From NCBI RefSeq assembly GCF_006345805.1, contig NC_043006.1, positions 45,756,001 to 45,820,000 on the forward strand: a stretch of 64,000 bases of DNA, in the 5' to 3' direction. The stretch comes from Octopus sinensis. Its lineage: Eukaryota. Numbering within the stretch: position 1 is the stretch's first letter; every line of letters starts with the position of its first letter. Positions 1-13,400 of this stretch are shown in pieces. The notes under the pieces were generated by a model, which saw only the letters and a program-made list of their open reading frames with translations, had not been told where the DNA came from and ran no database searches. The position numbers were made by a program, and so were the translations under genes.

Positions 1-799
1 ATTTTTAGTCAAATTAATCAACCCCAATACTTATTTTTTTTTAAAGCCATGTTGTTGTTCTGTTGGTCTTTCTAACATCTTGTTTGATAAGATATAAAAT
101 GTTCAAAAATATATCATTTAATAAGCCACAGGTAGGTATAAAGGCCACAACATAACATTTACTGCAAAAAAAATAAATAAATATAAAAAACAGCAACAAG
201 AAAATTATCAAATACTAATTTTATTATACTTCTAGAAAAAAAAAGACCCAAAAACAAAAAGGCCATGGCAGATTATTGATTTTGTCAAAAGGGGTCATGA
301 TTATAAAGGCCCTTTTGTCAGCCTGGAGAGATATATTGGAATTAGAAAAAGTGTGGGTGTAATTTAACTATTGGCTCTCAAAGTTTACTTTCTTAAACAA
401 ACTGAATCTAATAATGATACTTCTAAATGTAAAGTACCACAGAACTAAGAGGTATGCTTCTGGCTAATAAAATCTATGATTCATGTGAATAACTTAGCTG
501 AGTAGTCATTGATTTTGTATGAGTAAGCACAGTTTTTTGTTGGGAAGGAAGGAGAGAGGAGAGAGAGAGAGGGCACATCAATTTATACAGTATATTGTTG
601 ATGGTAACTGACTTTATTGAGTACCACAGTGTTTGCAGTTCTAAGTACAAGTTCTAAGTACAGTTCTAGGTCCAAGTCACTTTCACATGGAGAAAGGTGA
701 TTTCAAATTGAGTTTGTTATATCTTAATGAAATGTAAACTTAAATATGATTTAATTGTCCAAGGATAATGTATCTTTGTATCTGTTCTCTTTTATCTTT

Positions 800-1195
800 G
801 TTGCAATCATTAACTGCGGCCATGCTGGGGCACTACCTTGAAGGGTTTTTAGTCGAAGGAGTTGACCTCAGTACTTATATCTTTTTTTTCCTTTTCATGT
901 AAACCTGGTACTTATTCTATCAATGTCTTTTGCTGAACTGCTAAATTATGGGGATGTAAACACACCAACACCAGTTGTCGAGTAGTGGCAGGGGTACAAA
1001 CAAACATACACACACACATATACATGATGGGCTTCTTTCAGTTTCTGTCTGCCAAATCCATTCAGAACGCTTTGGTCGACCTGAGGCTATAGTAGAAGAA
1101 AGACACTTGCCCAAGGTGCTACACATTTGGACTGAACTTGGAACCATGTGGTTGGGAAGCAAGCTTTTTCCAACACAGCCACGCCTGCACCTATA
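800..1195 (-). mobile_element. tRNA-derived SINE, family A (head + CORE-like segment + internal microsatellite + tail)
   Basis: Reverse complement matches the family A consensus seen more than 20 times in this window; diverged copy. Confidence 0.85.
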
Positions 1196-1509
1196 TGGAG
1201 ATTTGACAAGAAAGACTTTATTAGTCAAGAATACACACAATTCTCTGATACCATAAGCAAAACAAAATGATAAACCTATCTTTCAATTGCCGAAAGTCAA
1301 ATTACGATTAGTCCTTCTGTGTAGCTTGTTTTCTATGAAAGAAAGATACCAATGTCAGTTTTGTAGTCAGCTCATAGACAAATATTGTGGATTAGAAAAG
1401 GACTTCATCATCATCATCATCATCACCACCATCACCATCATCATCATCATCATCATAATAATAATAATAATTATAATAATAGCCCCTTTGTTTTGTATGA
1501 TGGTGTGAA

Positions 1510-1680
1510 TTGGGTGGTTTGATGGGATCCAGGGCTGCATCAAGCTCCAATGTTTTCTTTGGCATGATTTTTTTTTTTTTTACAGCTGGATGCCCTATCT
1601 AATGCTAACCACTTTACAGAATGTGCTAGATATTTTCATTTTCTTGTGCCGCCACTACTAACGAGGTTACTCAATCCATG
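1510..1680 (-). mobile_element. Family E repeat fragment
   Basis: Contains ctggatgccctatctaatgctaaccac, a variant of the family E motif ctggatgcccttcctaacgccaacc. Confidence 0.7.
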
Positions 1681-2114
1681 GACATTAATTTGAAGGCTGC
1701 AAACAGAACAATTTTTAGACTAATTAAAGACAAGAAAATAAAAGGCTTTACCCAGAGGTGTTAGATGCAATGTGAAGATTAATTAAGAGGTGTATGCCTA
1801 TTTATACCAGGTAATAAATAAAAAGCCCTCAATCATATTGTAATCAAAATGGGAACATGCGATAAAATTTGTCATAAAAACTACTGATGTTATATTTTCT
1901 ATTAAATAGATCTTTCTGTGACATTCTCACTTTGAAATTGCTATTCTCTGTTTGAAACGGCACATGCTCTCTTAGATTTAGAAGTACTGTAATACTGCTA
2001 CATTGTTGATTTTCCAGAATCATAGGTCCAAAACCTTTCTAGATTACTGATTTTTCCAAACCAGGAGTGGTCCTCTTGGCCAATGCACTCTAAATTAAAC
2101 AAATATTAAATTTA

Positions 2115-2478
2115 CTTAATCCTTTTAATACCAATCTACCTGAGACTGCCCCTGGTATTTAGATATGACCTTCATATTTTAACCTTTCGTATGCTTATGT
2201 GCATCATGGCACCATACAAATTTTCTCCCCTGTAGCTGCAGGCACATTGTGTTGTATTGAAAGGGAAGACAACTTGTACAGCAACATGATGCTACTACAG
2301 TATGCTAAAGGTTAAAGGGTTCTACATTAAAAACTTCCCATTAAAATTTCACGTCGATTTATGTTCCAAAAATCAGCTTAATTACGACAAATTATTTTAT
2401 TACATTCTTCATTATTTACAAACTGAGCTGAAATAAAGAGAATGTATTCCAAATGGAATATGGTAACAAAAGGGTTAA
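2115..2478. mobile_element. piggyBac-like MITE (family F) containing a nested 129-bp TTAA MITE at 2183-2311
   Basis: Ends ttaatccttttaatacca / tggtaacaaaagggttaa form a TIR plus TTAA. The inner element runs ttaa-cctttcgtatgc ... gtatgctaaagg-ttaa. Confidence 0.7.
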
Positions 2479-2494
2479 ATAATTAAATGAAATG

Positions 2495-2915
2495 TCTGCC
2501 GTTACATTCTGAGTTAAAATTCCACCAAGGTTGACTTTGCCTTTCATCCTTTCGGGGGTCGGTAAATTAAGTACCAGTTACACACTGGGGTCGATATAAT
2601 CAACTTAATCCCTTTGTCTGTCCTTGTTTGTCTCCTCTATATTTAGCCCCTTGTGGGCAATAAAGAAATAAGATTATGGTGGCGAGCTGGCAGAAACGTT
2701 AGCATGCCGGGCAAAATGCGTAGCCGTATTTCGTCTGCCGCTACGTTCTGAGTTCAAATTCCGCCAAGGTCGACTTTGACTTTCATCCTTTCGGGGTCGA
2801 TTAAATAAGTACCAGTTACGCACTGGTGAGAGGGGGGGGTCTATATAATTGACTTAATCCATTTTTCTGTCCTTGTTTGTCCCCTCTGTGTATAGCCCCT
2901 TGTGGGCAGTAAAGA
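2495..2915 (+). mobile_element. Two tandem family B SINEs (tRNA-like head, Nin/Deu-like core, tail type i)
   Basis: Each has gagttcaaattcc (B-box like), gactttcatcctttcggggtcgat, and tail gccccttgtgggcaataaagaaata. Confidence 0.85.
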
Positions 2916-3747
2916 ATATATTAGTATAAATGACACATATGTTAAGGTTACATGTGTCTGTCGAGTGCTCAGTGACTTGCTCATTAATTTCAAAAGCAGG
3001 TCGTTTTGTTCTGTTGATTAGATCAACTAGAACATTTATTGTCAAATTTCAATAGGGTGCCAGTTTTTTTAAAATCAAACTTTTGTATTCCAAAAATAGA
3101 TCATATTATTCTGCTTGCCTCAGTCAAAGCTGGCTGTAAAATAGATACCAACCAATCTTATTTTAAATTTTTAGTTGCAAAGACAGCAACTTTTCTAAAA
3201 TCCATGTTCCATATATGGTAAAATAAAAGAAAAAACTGGTTGCAAATTAAGAGAAAGACGAGAGTAGAGGTTTATTTTTTGTGTAATCTGTTTTTTGAAT
3301 CAGTTATGTTAGACACAACATAACACAACTGATGTTGTGGAGGAAGATAGGTTAATATTTTAGCTTTTTATTTTCTTTTTTCTTCTATTTGTATATTAGT
3401 TTTACATAGATAAAGTTGGATTTTTTTTTTTTTTTCTGTTTTAATGTCAGAGAGATTTCTGACTTTCTGAAATTTACTTTTCTCTATGTTTGAAGTTAAG
3501 GAAGGAATATATTTTGTTAGAATTATTTAGCCAGAATAATCCATCATCAAATTGATTTTTAGCTTTAGTCATCCGAGATCAAAGCAAAATGTAATATTGC
3601 TGATCAAAATTCATAAATTGCTTTTTAAAGCATGTCCTAGCATGTGGTTTTTCTGGATGAGGATGACAATAAGGTTTTACATAGATTTCATTTTATTATA
3701 TGCAGTTTTCTTTTCTTCTTATCTATATTTATTTATTCCTGTACCAG

Positions 3748-3926
3748 CTAAAATGGAATGAGATACCATCAAATATACGTACAGCTGAAGTAATTCATTT
3801 ATTAGTTCTTCTGTATAGATTTCCTTACAAAACTCTCCATCTTAATGAGTTCATAAATGAAACTGGTTTTGAAAATATAGCAGCAGTTTGCCATGAAAAC
3901 AGTAGAGCAGCACTTAGCAGCTTGTG
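3748..3926 (+). CDS. Possible isolated coding exon (LKWNEIPSNIRTAEVIHLLVLLYRFPYKTLHLNEFINETGFENIAAVCHENSRAALSSL); product unknown
   Basis: Pyrimidine tract plus ccag acceptor at 3747, 179 nt open, gtataag donor at 3927, in non-repeat sequence. An alternative minus-strand reading (LLSAALLFSWQTAAIFSKPVSFMNSLRWRV, donor gtaagg) also exists, so the strand is ambiguous. Confidence 0.3.
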
Positions 3927-4009
3927 GTATAAGATATTATAAACACGTATGTGTGTATGTGTATAATCTGAAGTGTAGAGTAATGTGCGTGTGTGTATGT
4001 ATGTATGTA

Positions 4010-4057
<48 letters not shown>

Positions 4058-4179
4058 CCAGTGGGATAGCGTCATTTGAAGGTTAAAACAATGCGAAGCG
4101 CATTGTGACCAGCGATGTGTAGCAACGTCTGGTAGCCTGGTCGATCACGGTGATATATATATATATATTTTTTTTTTTT

Positions 4180-4408
4180 TTTATGCGCCCTTTTCAAGCA
4201 TAGCCAGGCTCATGGTCCTGGTTGCTCAAGAAACAGGAAGAGAGAGTTGGGGCGAAAGAGTACAACAGGGGTCGCCATCACCCCCTGCCGGAGCCTCGTG
4301 GGGCTTTTAGGTGTTTTCGCTCAATAAACACACAACGCCCGGTCTGGGAATCGAAACCGCGATCCTCCGACCGCGAATCCGCTGCCCTAACCACTGGGCC
4401 ATTGCAAC
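4180..4408 (-). mobile_element. tRNA-derived SINE, family C head with poly(A)-ending tail
   Basis: Minus strand reads gcaatggcccagtggttagggcagcgg...ggtttcgattccc (A and B boxes) and ends gaaaagggcgcat followed by an A-run. Confidence 0.8.
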
Positions 4409-5389
4409 TCCACACACACACATATAAGTAAATGTAAGGATAAGCGAGTTAGGTCAGTTTACAAGGTATATTAAATACATGAAGTACAAAAAAAAATGTA
4501 TATATGTTTACATACAAAAAGGTTTGACTTACAACTTACACAGAATAGAGATGATATCAAGAATTGAAAAGGTTGAAGAAAAATTAAGAAAATCAGAGGT
4601 GTGCCCTTAAATGTTATATTTTTCCATCTCAAATGTTGTAAGAAATATACTTAAAATATGCTCCTTTTTTTTTTTTAAATATCAGTAATAACTGCATTTT
4701 ATGTATATAAATCTATACCATAGAATCCATAGACTGGAACCTGGTGCAGCTCTCTGGCATATCAGTTCTGGTTAAATTGTTTAACCCATGCCAGCACGGA
4801 AAGCGGACATCAAATGATGATGATAATGAATATATATATATATATATATATATAAATTGGACTGATAGCCAAATCTGCTGGAAGAGCTTACTGTGTTAGC
4901 CTCAAGATTCTCTGAATCCCTATCTTATACCACTCTTTCATATATATATATGGATACTGTCTAGCGGCTGAAACAAGTAACAGATAAAAGGTATCTGTCT
5001 GTGTGTATATGAAATAGTTACTAACTCCTACACATAACTGTTCTCACTTACAATTCTCCACATTCACAGTCTGTAATGTGTAATGGTTATATCTTTTATC
5101 ATTAGTCATTGGACTGTGGGCTGTGTTAAGGCACCACCTTTAAAGGTTTAGTCAAACATAATGACCCCAGTATTTCTTTTGTTGGTTATTTTTGCTGAAC
5201 CACTAGGTCACAGGGATGTAAACAAACTAACACTGAATATCAAGTGGTGGGTAGGTTGATGAGAGCAACACAGACACAGTCTATGGTGTCTTGCAAAGTT
5301 CAGACATGCTGGTTGCCTGCTCAGAATAAATGTTAATAGCTTTAGTTTCAAATTTTGGCACAAGGCCAGCAATTGTGTGGGAGGGGACC

Positions 5390-5896
5390 AGTCGATTATA
5401 TCACCTCCAGTTCTCAACTGGTACATATTTCGTAGACCCCCAAAGGATGAAAGGCAAAGTCGATCTCCTCAATAATAATAATAATAACAATCCTTTCTAC
5501 TCTAGGCACAAGGCCCGAAATTTTGGGGGGAGGGAGCCGGTCGATTAGATTGACCCCAGTATACTACTGCTACTTAATTTATCGACCCTGAAAGGATGAA
5601 AGGCAAAGTCGACCTCGGTGCAATTTGAACTCTGAACGTGAACACAGACGAAATACCTATTTCTATTTCTTTATTACTCACAAGGGGCTAAACATAGAGG
5701 GGACAAACAAGGACAGACATAGGTATTAAGTCGATTACATTGACCCCAGTGCGTAACTGGTACTTAATTTATCGACCCCGAAAGGATGAATGGCATAGTC
5801 GACCTCGGTGCAATTTGAACTCTGAACGTGAACACAGACGAAATACCACTAAGCATTTCACCTGGTGTGCTAACGATTCTGCCAGCTCGCCACCTC

Positions 5897-5900
<4 letters not shown>
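5390..5900 (-). mobile_element. Cluster of three family B SINEs
   Basis: Repeated cgaccc(c/t)gaaaggatgaaaggcaaagtcgacc; both tail types present. Confidence 0.85.
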
Positions 5901-5965
<65 letters not shown>

Positions 5966-6219
5966 GAATGTTTTATCATTTTATATAAGATCTCTTCACA
6001 TAAGTAGTAGGACTTTTTTTGTTTTTTTTATTATAAGAGCAGGAAGCAGTGTCAATTGAATCAAACTCAATCTATCACCTGTACTTATTCTATTGATCCT
6101 CTGCAAGGATGAAAGGCCAAGTTTTTGAGAAATACTGTTTGGATTTAAGTATGGAACAGCGAGGTGTGGTTGCACATAGTGTGAACCAATTAGCCCAGCC
6201 ACGGAAATAAACTCTTTTA

Positions 6220-6311
6220 GTTTCCTTTCATTCTGTCTCCTTTTATTTTCCATCTCCTACCTCTTCTCCTACGCCTCTTCCCCTTTCTCTATCTTTCTAT
6301 CTCTTTCACTC

Positions 6312-6346
<35 letters not shown>

Positions 6347-6560
6347 CTGTTAACTTGCAAATAACTGCTGCCATATAATGTGTTGATATGCGATGGGCTG
6401 TTTGTGAGTTGACAGTTATGTAGCTCCTTGTCTCTGTCTGTCTGTCTCACTCTCTCTCTCTGTGTCACTCTCTGTCTCTCTCTTTCGCCATATCTGTCTT
6501 GTTTTTTTCTCACTCTCACTTTCTCTCGTTAGCTGTTTCCATCTGTTTCTCTCTCTCCCG

Positions 6561-6591
<31 letters not shown>

Positions 6592-6950
6592 GCTGTCTCT
6601 CTATCTATCTTTGTTGATATGTGATAAACTGCTGTCAGGTGGAACTAATTCCGCACCCACCCCCCACTCTCTTTCTCTCCACACACACACACACAGAGAG
6701 AGAGAGAGGCATGCACGCATGCATGCAAATGCATGTCCTTGTCTCCTTCCCTCCCTCCCTCTCCCCCTCTCTCCTTCCTCGTTATTTCCTTTCCATCCTG
6801 GCAATCTGCTCTTCACTCACTATCCATTCCTCTCCCTCCGCCACCACTATTCACTCTGACCCACCCCACCCATCCATCCACCCACCCCACCACCACCACA
6901 CCTCACACCATCAACCAATAACTGTCCACTCCACTCCAAGCACCAAATAA
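6220..6950. repeat. Polypyrimidine tract with (CT)n, (CA)n and (CAC)n low-complexity sequence
   Basis: Direct reading; accounts for the ORFs at 6601-6950. Confidence 0.9.
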
Positions 6951-7099
6951 TCAATGCAGTAGCTATCCTGGCAGTTTACTCTGCTAAACCAGATTCTTTG
7001 TTGTTGTTTTTAATATTGCTGTTGTTGCTAATGTTATTATTGGTGGGTTTGTTGTTGCTGTGGTTATTGTTGTTGTTATTGTTGGTGTTGTAGATACTT

Positions 7100-7340
7100 G
7101 TATTATTGTTAGCTCTTGTTTAGTACCAGATCATAGTCCTTGATTGTGCAGACCCATGATCAAAGTTATCCCGCCCATGCCCATCCTGTCTGTTTTTTTT
7201 TTTTCTTTTTGCTTTGTTTTATCCAGTATGTTCTTCCTTTACTTAAAAAAAAAAAAATTTCCCTGATTTTTAATGGCAGAATTTGAGAGAGATTTGGCTG
7301 TTGTTTTTAGCAGGCCAGGCAACCACATAGCTTCTTTGTT
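7100..7340 (+). mobile_element. Unclassified short repeat, family G
   Basis: gcagacccatgatcaaag...catcctgtct...gagagatttggctgttgtttttagcagg. Related pieces near 7950, 8340-8880, 8970-9130, 11500-11690, 22620-22910, 23510, 45700 and 46060. Confidence 0.6.
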
Positions 7341-7422
7341 GATTTGTATTTTGATGTTGTTAGATAACAAGCATATTTCATTTAGAACTATATATTACTT
7401 TCCCACTACCTGTATTAATGAA

Positions 7423-7880
7423 GTCTGTTTGGTAAGAAGCTTGCTTCCCAACCATATGGTTCTGGGTTCAGTCCCACTGCATGGCACCTTGGACATGTGT
7501 CTTCTAGTATAGCCTTGGGCTGACCAAAGCCTTGTGAGTGGATTTAGTAAACAGAAACTGAAAGCCTGGTGTATGTATGTATGTATGTATGTATATATGT
7601 ATGTATGTATATATATATGTATGTATATAAGTGTGTGTGTGTGTGTATAGTTATGTATATATTTATGTGTTTGTGTGTGTGTGTGTTCCCTATCACTTGG
7701 CAACCAATGGTGGGCTTACATCCCCATAACTTAGCAGTTCAGCAAATGAGACTGACAAATATAGGTACTAGGATTACAGAGAATAAAGTCCTGCAGTTGA
7801 TTTGTTCGACTAAAACCTTTTAAGGCGGTGCTCCAGCATGGCTGCGGTCAAATGACTGACAAGTAAAAGAATAAAAGAAT
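7423..7880 (+). mobile_element. SINE family A
   Basis: B box ggttcagtccc, internal (TATG/TG)n, tail aaatgactgacaagtaaaaga. Confidence 0.85.
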
Positions 7881-8477
7881 ATGTGTGTGTGTGTGATATC
7901 TAGGACTACGTTGTCTGGGGTGTTTAAATGCGAAAGGTATGATTCGAGGGAGACTTGGCTGTTATTTCCAGCAGGTTAGGCAACCACATGGTGGTTCCCT
8001 TTGTTGACTCGTACTCGATATTGTTGTTGCTGATGTTGTTGTTGTTGTGAGATAACAAGAATAGTTAATTTAGAATTTTGTATTCCTTCCACCTGTGTTT
8101 TTCTTAAGTTTGTGTGTGTGTGTGTGTGTGAATGTGTCCCATAGCAGTAAACATCAGGTGCAGTAGTGTAATGGGAGGTGTACAGCTTTGGAGAATGCAG
8201 TGGTCTGGTGATGTTGTGGAGTTGTGTTCAATGACATTGTGGTGGCAGTGATAATGGTGGTGATGGTGGCAGCCAAGTGGGGAGCATGAAAAGGGGCGTG
8301 GTAATATGACAGTTGTTGTTTGTTGTTGTTGGTGGTGGTGTTTAGCTCAAGTTTTCAGCCTTTGCTTGAGCAACTCAGACTCCTAATAGAACAGGTTCCA
8401 TCCATGACCATCCTGTCTTAATGAAAAATCTAATGCTTTTAGGCACTCGTCCAATATATTTTACCTTTTTGTCTTTT

Positions 8478-8840
8478 ACTTTTTTCATTCATTAGACTGT
8501 GGCCATGCTGGGGCACCACTCTGAAGAATTTTAGTTGAACGAATTGACCCCTGTACTTTTATTTTTTCATTAAATCTGGTACTTATTCTCTTGATCTCTT
8601 TTACTGAACTGCTAAGCCAGGGAGATGTAAACACACCAGCACTGGTTGTCAAGCAAAGGTGGGGAACAAACAAACACACACACACACATATATATATACA
8701 TGATGGGCTTCTTTCAGTTTCTGTCTACCAAATCCACTCACAAGGCTTTGGTTGGCCCAAGGTTATAATAGAAAACACTTACTTAAGGTGCCATGCTGTG
8801 GGACTGAACCCAGAACCATGTATGTTGGGAAGCAAGACTC
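8478..8840 (-). mobile_element. SINE family A interrupting a family G copy
   Basis: Matches consensus; family G halves on either side. Confidence 0.8.
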
Positions 8841-9229
8841 TTGTAATTTGAGGGAATTTGGTTGTTATTTCTAGCAGTTCAAGTAGCTATATTCTAGCAA
8901 CACAGCAGTTTAGAATGGTGTTGGTAGTGGTGGCGATGGAGGTGAAGGTGTTATATGTGTGTGGGGGGGTGGAGTAGCTTCTGGATCACCTTTGCTTGAG
9001 CAAAACAAACTCCTACTCCAGCTTTGACCATCCTGTATTGGAGACTCGTTCAATACCATTTATTATTATTTTTTTTTTGAAATAAAATAACAGGGAAGGA
9101 CATGACTTGAGGGGATTTAGTTGCTATTTCTGTGGTTGTAGCGTGATGAAGTGCAATTTGTTTGTGTTCGTGTCATTGTCTTCAATGGAAATATGGATTT
9201 TGATTATACCTAACATGCTCTCCCTTCTA

Positions 9230-9299
9230 TCAATCTATATATCTATTTATCTATCTATCTTTCTTTTTCTTTCTCTCACACACATACACTCATTCAGTT

Positions 9300-9344
<45 letters not shown>

Positions 9345-9427
9345 TTCTCTTTCTCTCTCTCACTCAGTTATCCTCTCTCTATCTCTATCTTTCTCTCTCT
9401 CTCTCACATACACTCACTCAGTTATAA

Positions 9428-9458
<31 letters not shown>

Positions 9459-9850
9459 TTTTCTTTCTCTCACACACACACTCATTCAGTTATCCTCTCT
9501 CGCTCTATCTTTCTCTTTCTCTCTCTCACTCAGTTATCCTCTCTCTATCTCTATCTTTCTTTCTCTCTCACACACACTCACTCAGTTATTCTCTCTTTCT
9601 TTCTCTCACACACACACTCACTCAGTTATCCTCTCTCTCTCTCTTTCTCTCACACACACACTCTCTCAGTCATCCTCTTCCTCTCTGACACACTCACTCA
9701 CTCAGTCATCCTTTCTCTCTCTCTACATGCTATTTTTTCTTTGGAACATGCTTGTATGCACACACACACTCTCACACACACACACACACTCTCACACACA
9801 CACACACACACTCTCACACACACACACACACTCTCACACACACACACACA
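9230..9850. repeat. Compound minisatellite: cactcagttatcctctctc spacer repeated about 10 times among CT/CA runs, then (ctctcacacacacacacaca) x4
   Basis: Direct reading. Confidence 0.85.
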
Positions 9851-10198
9851 TTTGTCTCTTGTTCTTTCTCTCTTTCTCCCCCTTTCCTCTCTTTAAGTCT
9901 CTTACCCCAAACCCCCTCCCTCATTTACATGTTTACTACTTCACTTACCCTTTTCTTTCCTTCTTGTTTGTACCTTTCCCTAACCATCATTCTACCACCA
10001 CCACCACCACCAGCACTGAGGTGCCATGGGAGACACTGGCTAATTAATCTCACCTGTAATGTTTTTGTATTTCGATGTGTGCGCATGTGTGTGTGTGTGT
10101 GTGTGTGTGTGAGTGAAGAACATCTCTGAGGTTTTGAGCTTCTAGAAGACTCTTTGTGATGTTGATAAGATACAGAGATAGCATTAACCTGGTATGTA

Positions 10199-10237
<39 letters not shown>

Positions 10238-10419
10238 GGGAGCAATAGAGGTGTGACCGGGTATATTAAAGGTGTCAACTAAAGGTTTAGTACCCAAAGG
10301 TGGTTGTTCAGCTCAAAAGTTCTTGTGGACTAGCAGCAGCAGCAGCAGCAATACTAGCTGCAGTAACAGTTGGTAGGAGGGAAGAGAGATAAGAGGAAAA
10401 AGAGTATATTTTGAGTGTT

Positions 10420-10488
10420 GTTGCTCTCTGTCTCTCTCTGTCTCTCTCTCCCCTACCTCTCTCATTTTTCTTGTCCTGTCACTTTCTT

Positions 10489-10525
<37 letters not shown>

Positions 10526-11279
10526 TATAATCTGTCTGTCACTTCCTCTCCCACTGTTTCTTTGTCTTATTGTTATTCTTCCTGTCAGCTCCACTCTCTC
10601 TATCTTTGTCCTTGTCATCTTTCTCTGCTTAAGCATCATCATCATCATCATCTTCACCGTCGTTTTATTGGCTACTTTTCTGTGCTTGCTTCCATGGGTC
10701 ATTTAGTCTCTCTCTCTCTCCTCTCTCTCTCTTTTTCTGTGTCTGTGTGTGTTTCTATCCGTCTGTCTCTCTTTATACACACACACACACCACACCCAGT
10801 GTAGGGGTGGAGACATAAACAAACCAACACCTACCTAGGTTATCTGGTGGTCTTCTTTCTCTCCATCTATTTAGCTCTCTCCCTCTTCACTCCGATCCCT
10901 TTCTCTCTTTGTTACTCTATCACTTTCTTTCTCACTGCCTCCTCCTCCTCCCCAGCTCTCTCTCTCTCTCGCTCTCATCTCTCCCTTCAGCCCCCCTCCC
11001 CCAATCATTGGAGGACACTTCATACATACCACCTCACCCCAACTCTACCCCATCCGTAGCCACATCCTGGCTCTTTATCCAAGATGTACCTGCTTCCCCC
11101 ACTCTTTCCCCCTTCTAGGTCTCAGTGCTTACTGTCACACATCAGTCGTAATTAACATATTTCTTTTATCCCCTGTGCTTCCCACCACACACTTCAAAAT
11201 TTCTTTCTTAAAACCACTTTCAGGAGGGCAGGAGGGGAAATTGGCAGAAGGAGACAGAGAGAAATAATGAATGTGTGTG

Positions 11280-11340
<61 letters not shown>
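10420..11340. repeat. (CT)n-rich tracts and a long (GA)n run
   Basis: Direct reading. Confidence 0.9.
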
Positions 11341-11343
<3 letters not shown>

Positions 11344-11956
11344 ATGAATTTAAGGTAAACCATGTCTAGAGCAGATGATAAAAGATAATGGATTCTTAGG
11401 TCTCTGCTAAGATATGAACCTAGGTTGCTGTGGTTTAGAATGAAATCCTGAACCAAGGAAGTAGATTATGAAGTTGGTGTTGGTGGTGGTTGTAGTGGTG
11501 ACAGTAGCAGTGGTGATTTTATGTAGCCCCCTGTCAGTTGATCAAAGGCATTCTTACCTGTGACCATCCCATTTTTTTTTTTTTAACATACAAAGGAGCC
11601 TAGCACTACTGGAGCATTCAACATGTGTTGATTTGAAAGAGATCCTGGCTGCCATTATTTGCTGGTCAAGTTGCTTTGTAGATGACTCTCCCCACCCACT
11701 CCCTCTTCATAGATGTCCTCCTATGAACTCAGGTAGATATATGAGGAAATAGTGGACAAATAATAGCTAGATATCATTGAAAACAATGCTAAGAGTTGTT
11801 CAGGAATAGGCCTCTGGACATTTCAATATGACTGGTCACCTATACAGTTTAGTGCTTTAGAGGTTTGAAACCAATGGTCACTCTCTGACTGGCCATAACA
11901 AACAACCTTCTGAATGAATAAGTAAAAATATACACATATATATATATATATATATA

Positions 11957-12155
11957 TATTCTTTTATTTGTTTCAGTCATTTGACCGTGGCCGTGTTGGA
12001 GCACAGCCTTTAGTCAAACAAATCGACCCCAGGACTTATTCTTTGTAAACCTAGTACTTATTATATCGGTCTCTTTTGCCAAACCACAAAGTTACGGGGA
12101 TGTAAACAAATTAGCATCAGTCATCAAGTGGTGCTGGCGGGAGGGGGGGGGACAA

Positions 12156-12186
<31 letters not shown>

Positions 12187-12364
12187 CACACACATATATG
12201 ACGGGCTTCTTTTAGTTTCCGTCTACCAAATCCACTCAGATGGCTTTGGTAGGCCCGATGCTATAGTAGAAGATATTTGTCCAAGGTGTCACGCTGTGGG
12301 ACTGAACCTGGAACCATGTGGTTGGTAAACAAGATACTTACCACACAGCCACTTCTATGCCTAA
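11957..12364 (-). mobile_element. SINE family A
   Basis: Full consensus with internal (CA)n. Confidence 0.9.
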
Positions 12365-12389
12365 AAGTTTGTCCAAAAGTTTTATTTCT

Positions 12390-12570
12390 CTCTCTCTCTC
12401 TCTCTTTCTCTTTCAATTTTCTCCTATCTTCCCATCTCCCTTTCTATCCTCCTACTACTACCACCACCACCACCAACACCTTTGATATCTTTTATTGAAC
12501 TCTTTCAAAAATACTGCCTCCTACATTGAACAGGGCAAAAGGACAAATTTCCTTTCTTCTTTCTCATGCA

Positions 12571-12601
<31 letters not shown>

Positions 12602-13146
12602 TCTCTCTCTTCCTCTATCAAGAATTTCCTCTTCCCCATGTTATTTTCTTTGTTTTTTTTTTCATCCTTGTATCCCTTTACTCCTTTCTTGTTTTCTTTC
12701 TTTCTTTCTTTCTTTCTTTCTCCTCCTCAGCTTCCAATCTCTTTTCCTCCCCCTCCCCCTCCTCCTCCCATCTCTCTCTCTCATTCTGTTCTTTCCTTCC
12801 CCAAACAGTACAATAAACAAGGAGAATATAATGAATGTGGAAATCCCATGTTTTCTTCTTTGGGCTTCTTTTTCCTGTTTTTGTTGTTTTTCATTCTTCT
12901 TTCCTGTCTCCTCCTTCCTCTTCCTTCTCCTCTTCTCCTCACCTGTCCCTTTCTTCTTTTTACACACACACACACACACACACAAACACTCTTTTACCAT
13001 CATTTCTTCACCCTTCACTCACCTGTAACCGTTGTCACCTGTGAGTCTGAGAAATGTTTTACTTTTATATCTTAGCAATGGAACATCAGCAACAAAAACA
13101 AAAAAATTATACCAAAACAAGAAAAAAAAAGCATTACCTTATCCAG

Positions 13147-13184
<38 letters not shown>

Positions 13185-13334
13185 CACTCCTCTCAAAATA
13201 ATGTGGAATGGTAGAAACACATTCCATACTACCTAGCCTTTTTATACAGTCAGGTATATACACCTCATCCCTAAATTTTTCTCTCCCTCTTTCTTTATGT
13301 CTTTTAGTTTATTTTATTATTATTATTATTATCA

Positions 13335-13367
<33 letters not shown>

Positions 13368-13400
13368 TATTATTATTATTATTATTATTATTCTGTTCAA
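12390..13400. repeat. Polypyrimidine tract plus (CA)n and (ATT)n microsatellites
   Basis: Direct reading; accounts for the ORFs at 12495-13575. Confidence 0.9.

Noticed and set aside
641-680. Three copies of gttcta(a/g)gt(a/c)ca
   Set aside because: Trivial short slippage duplication.
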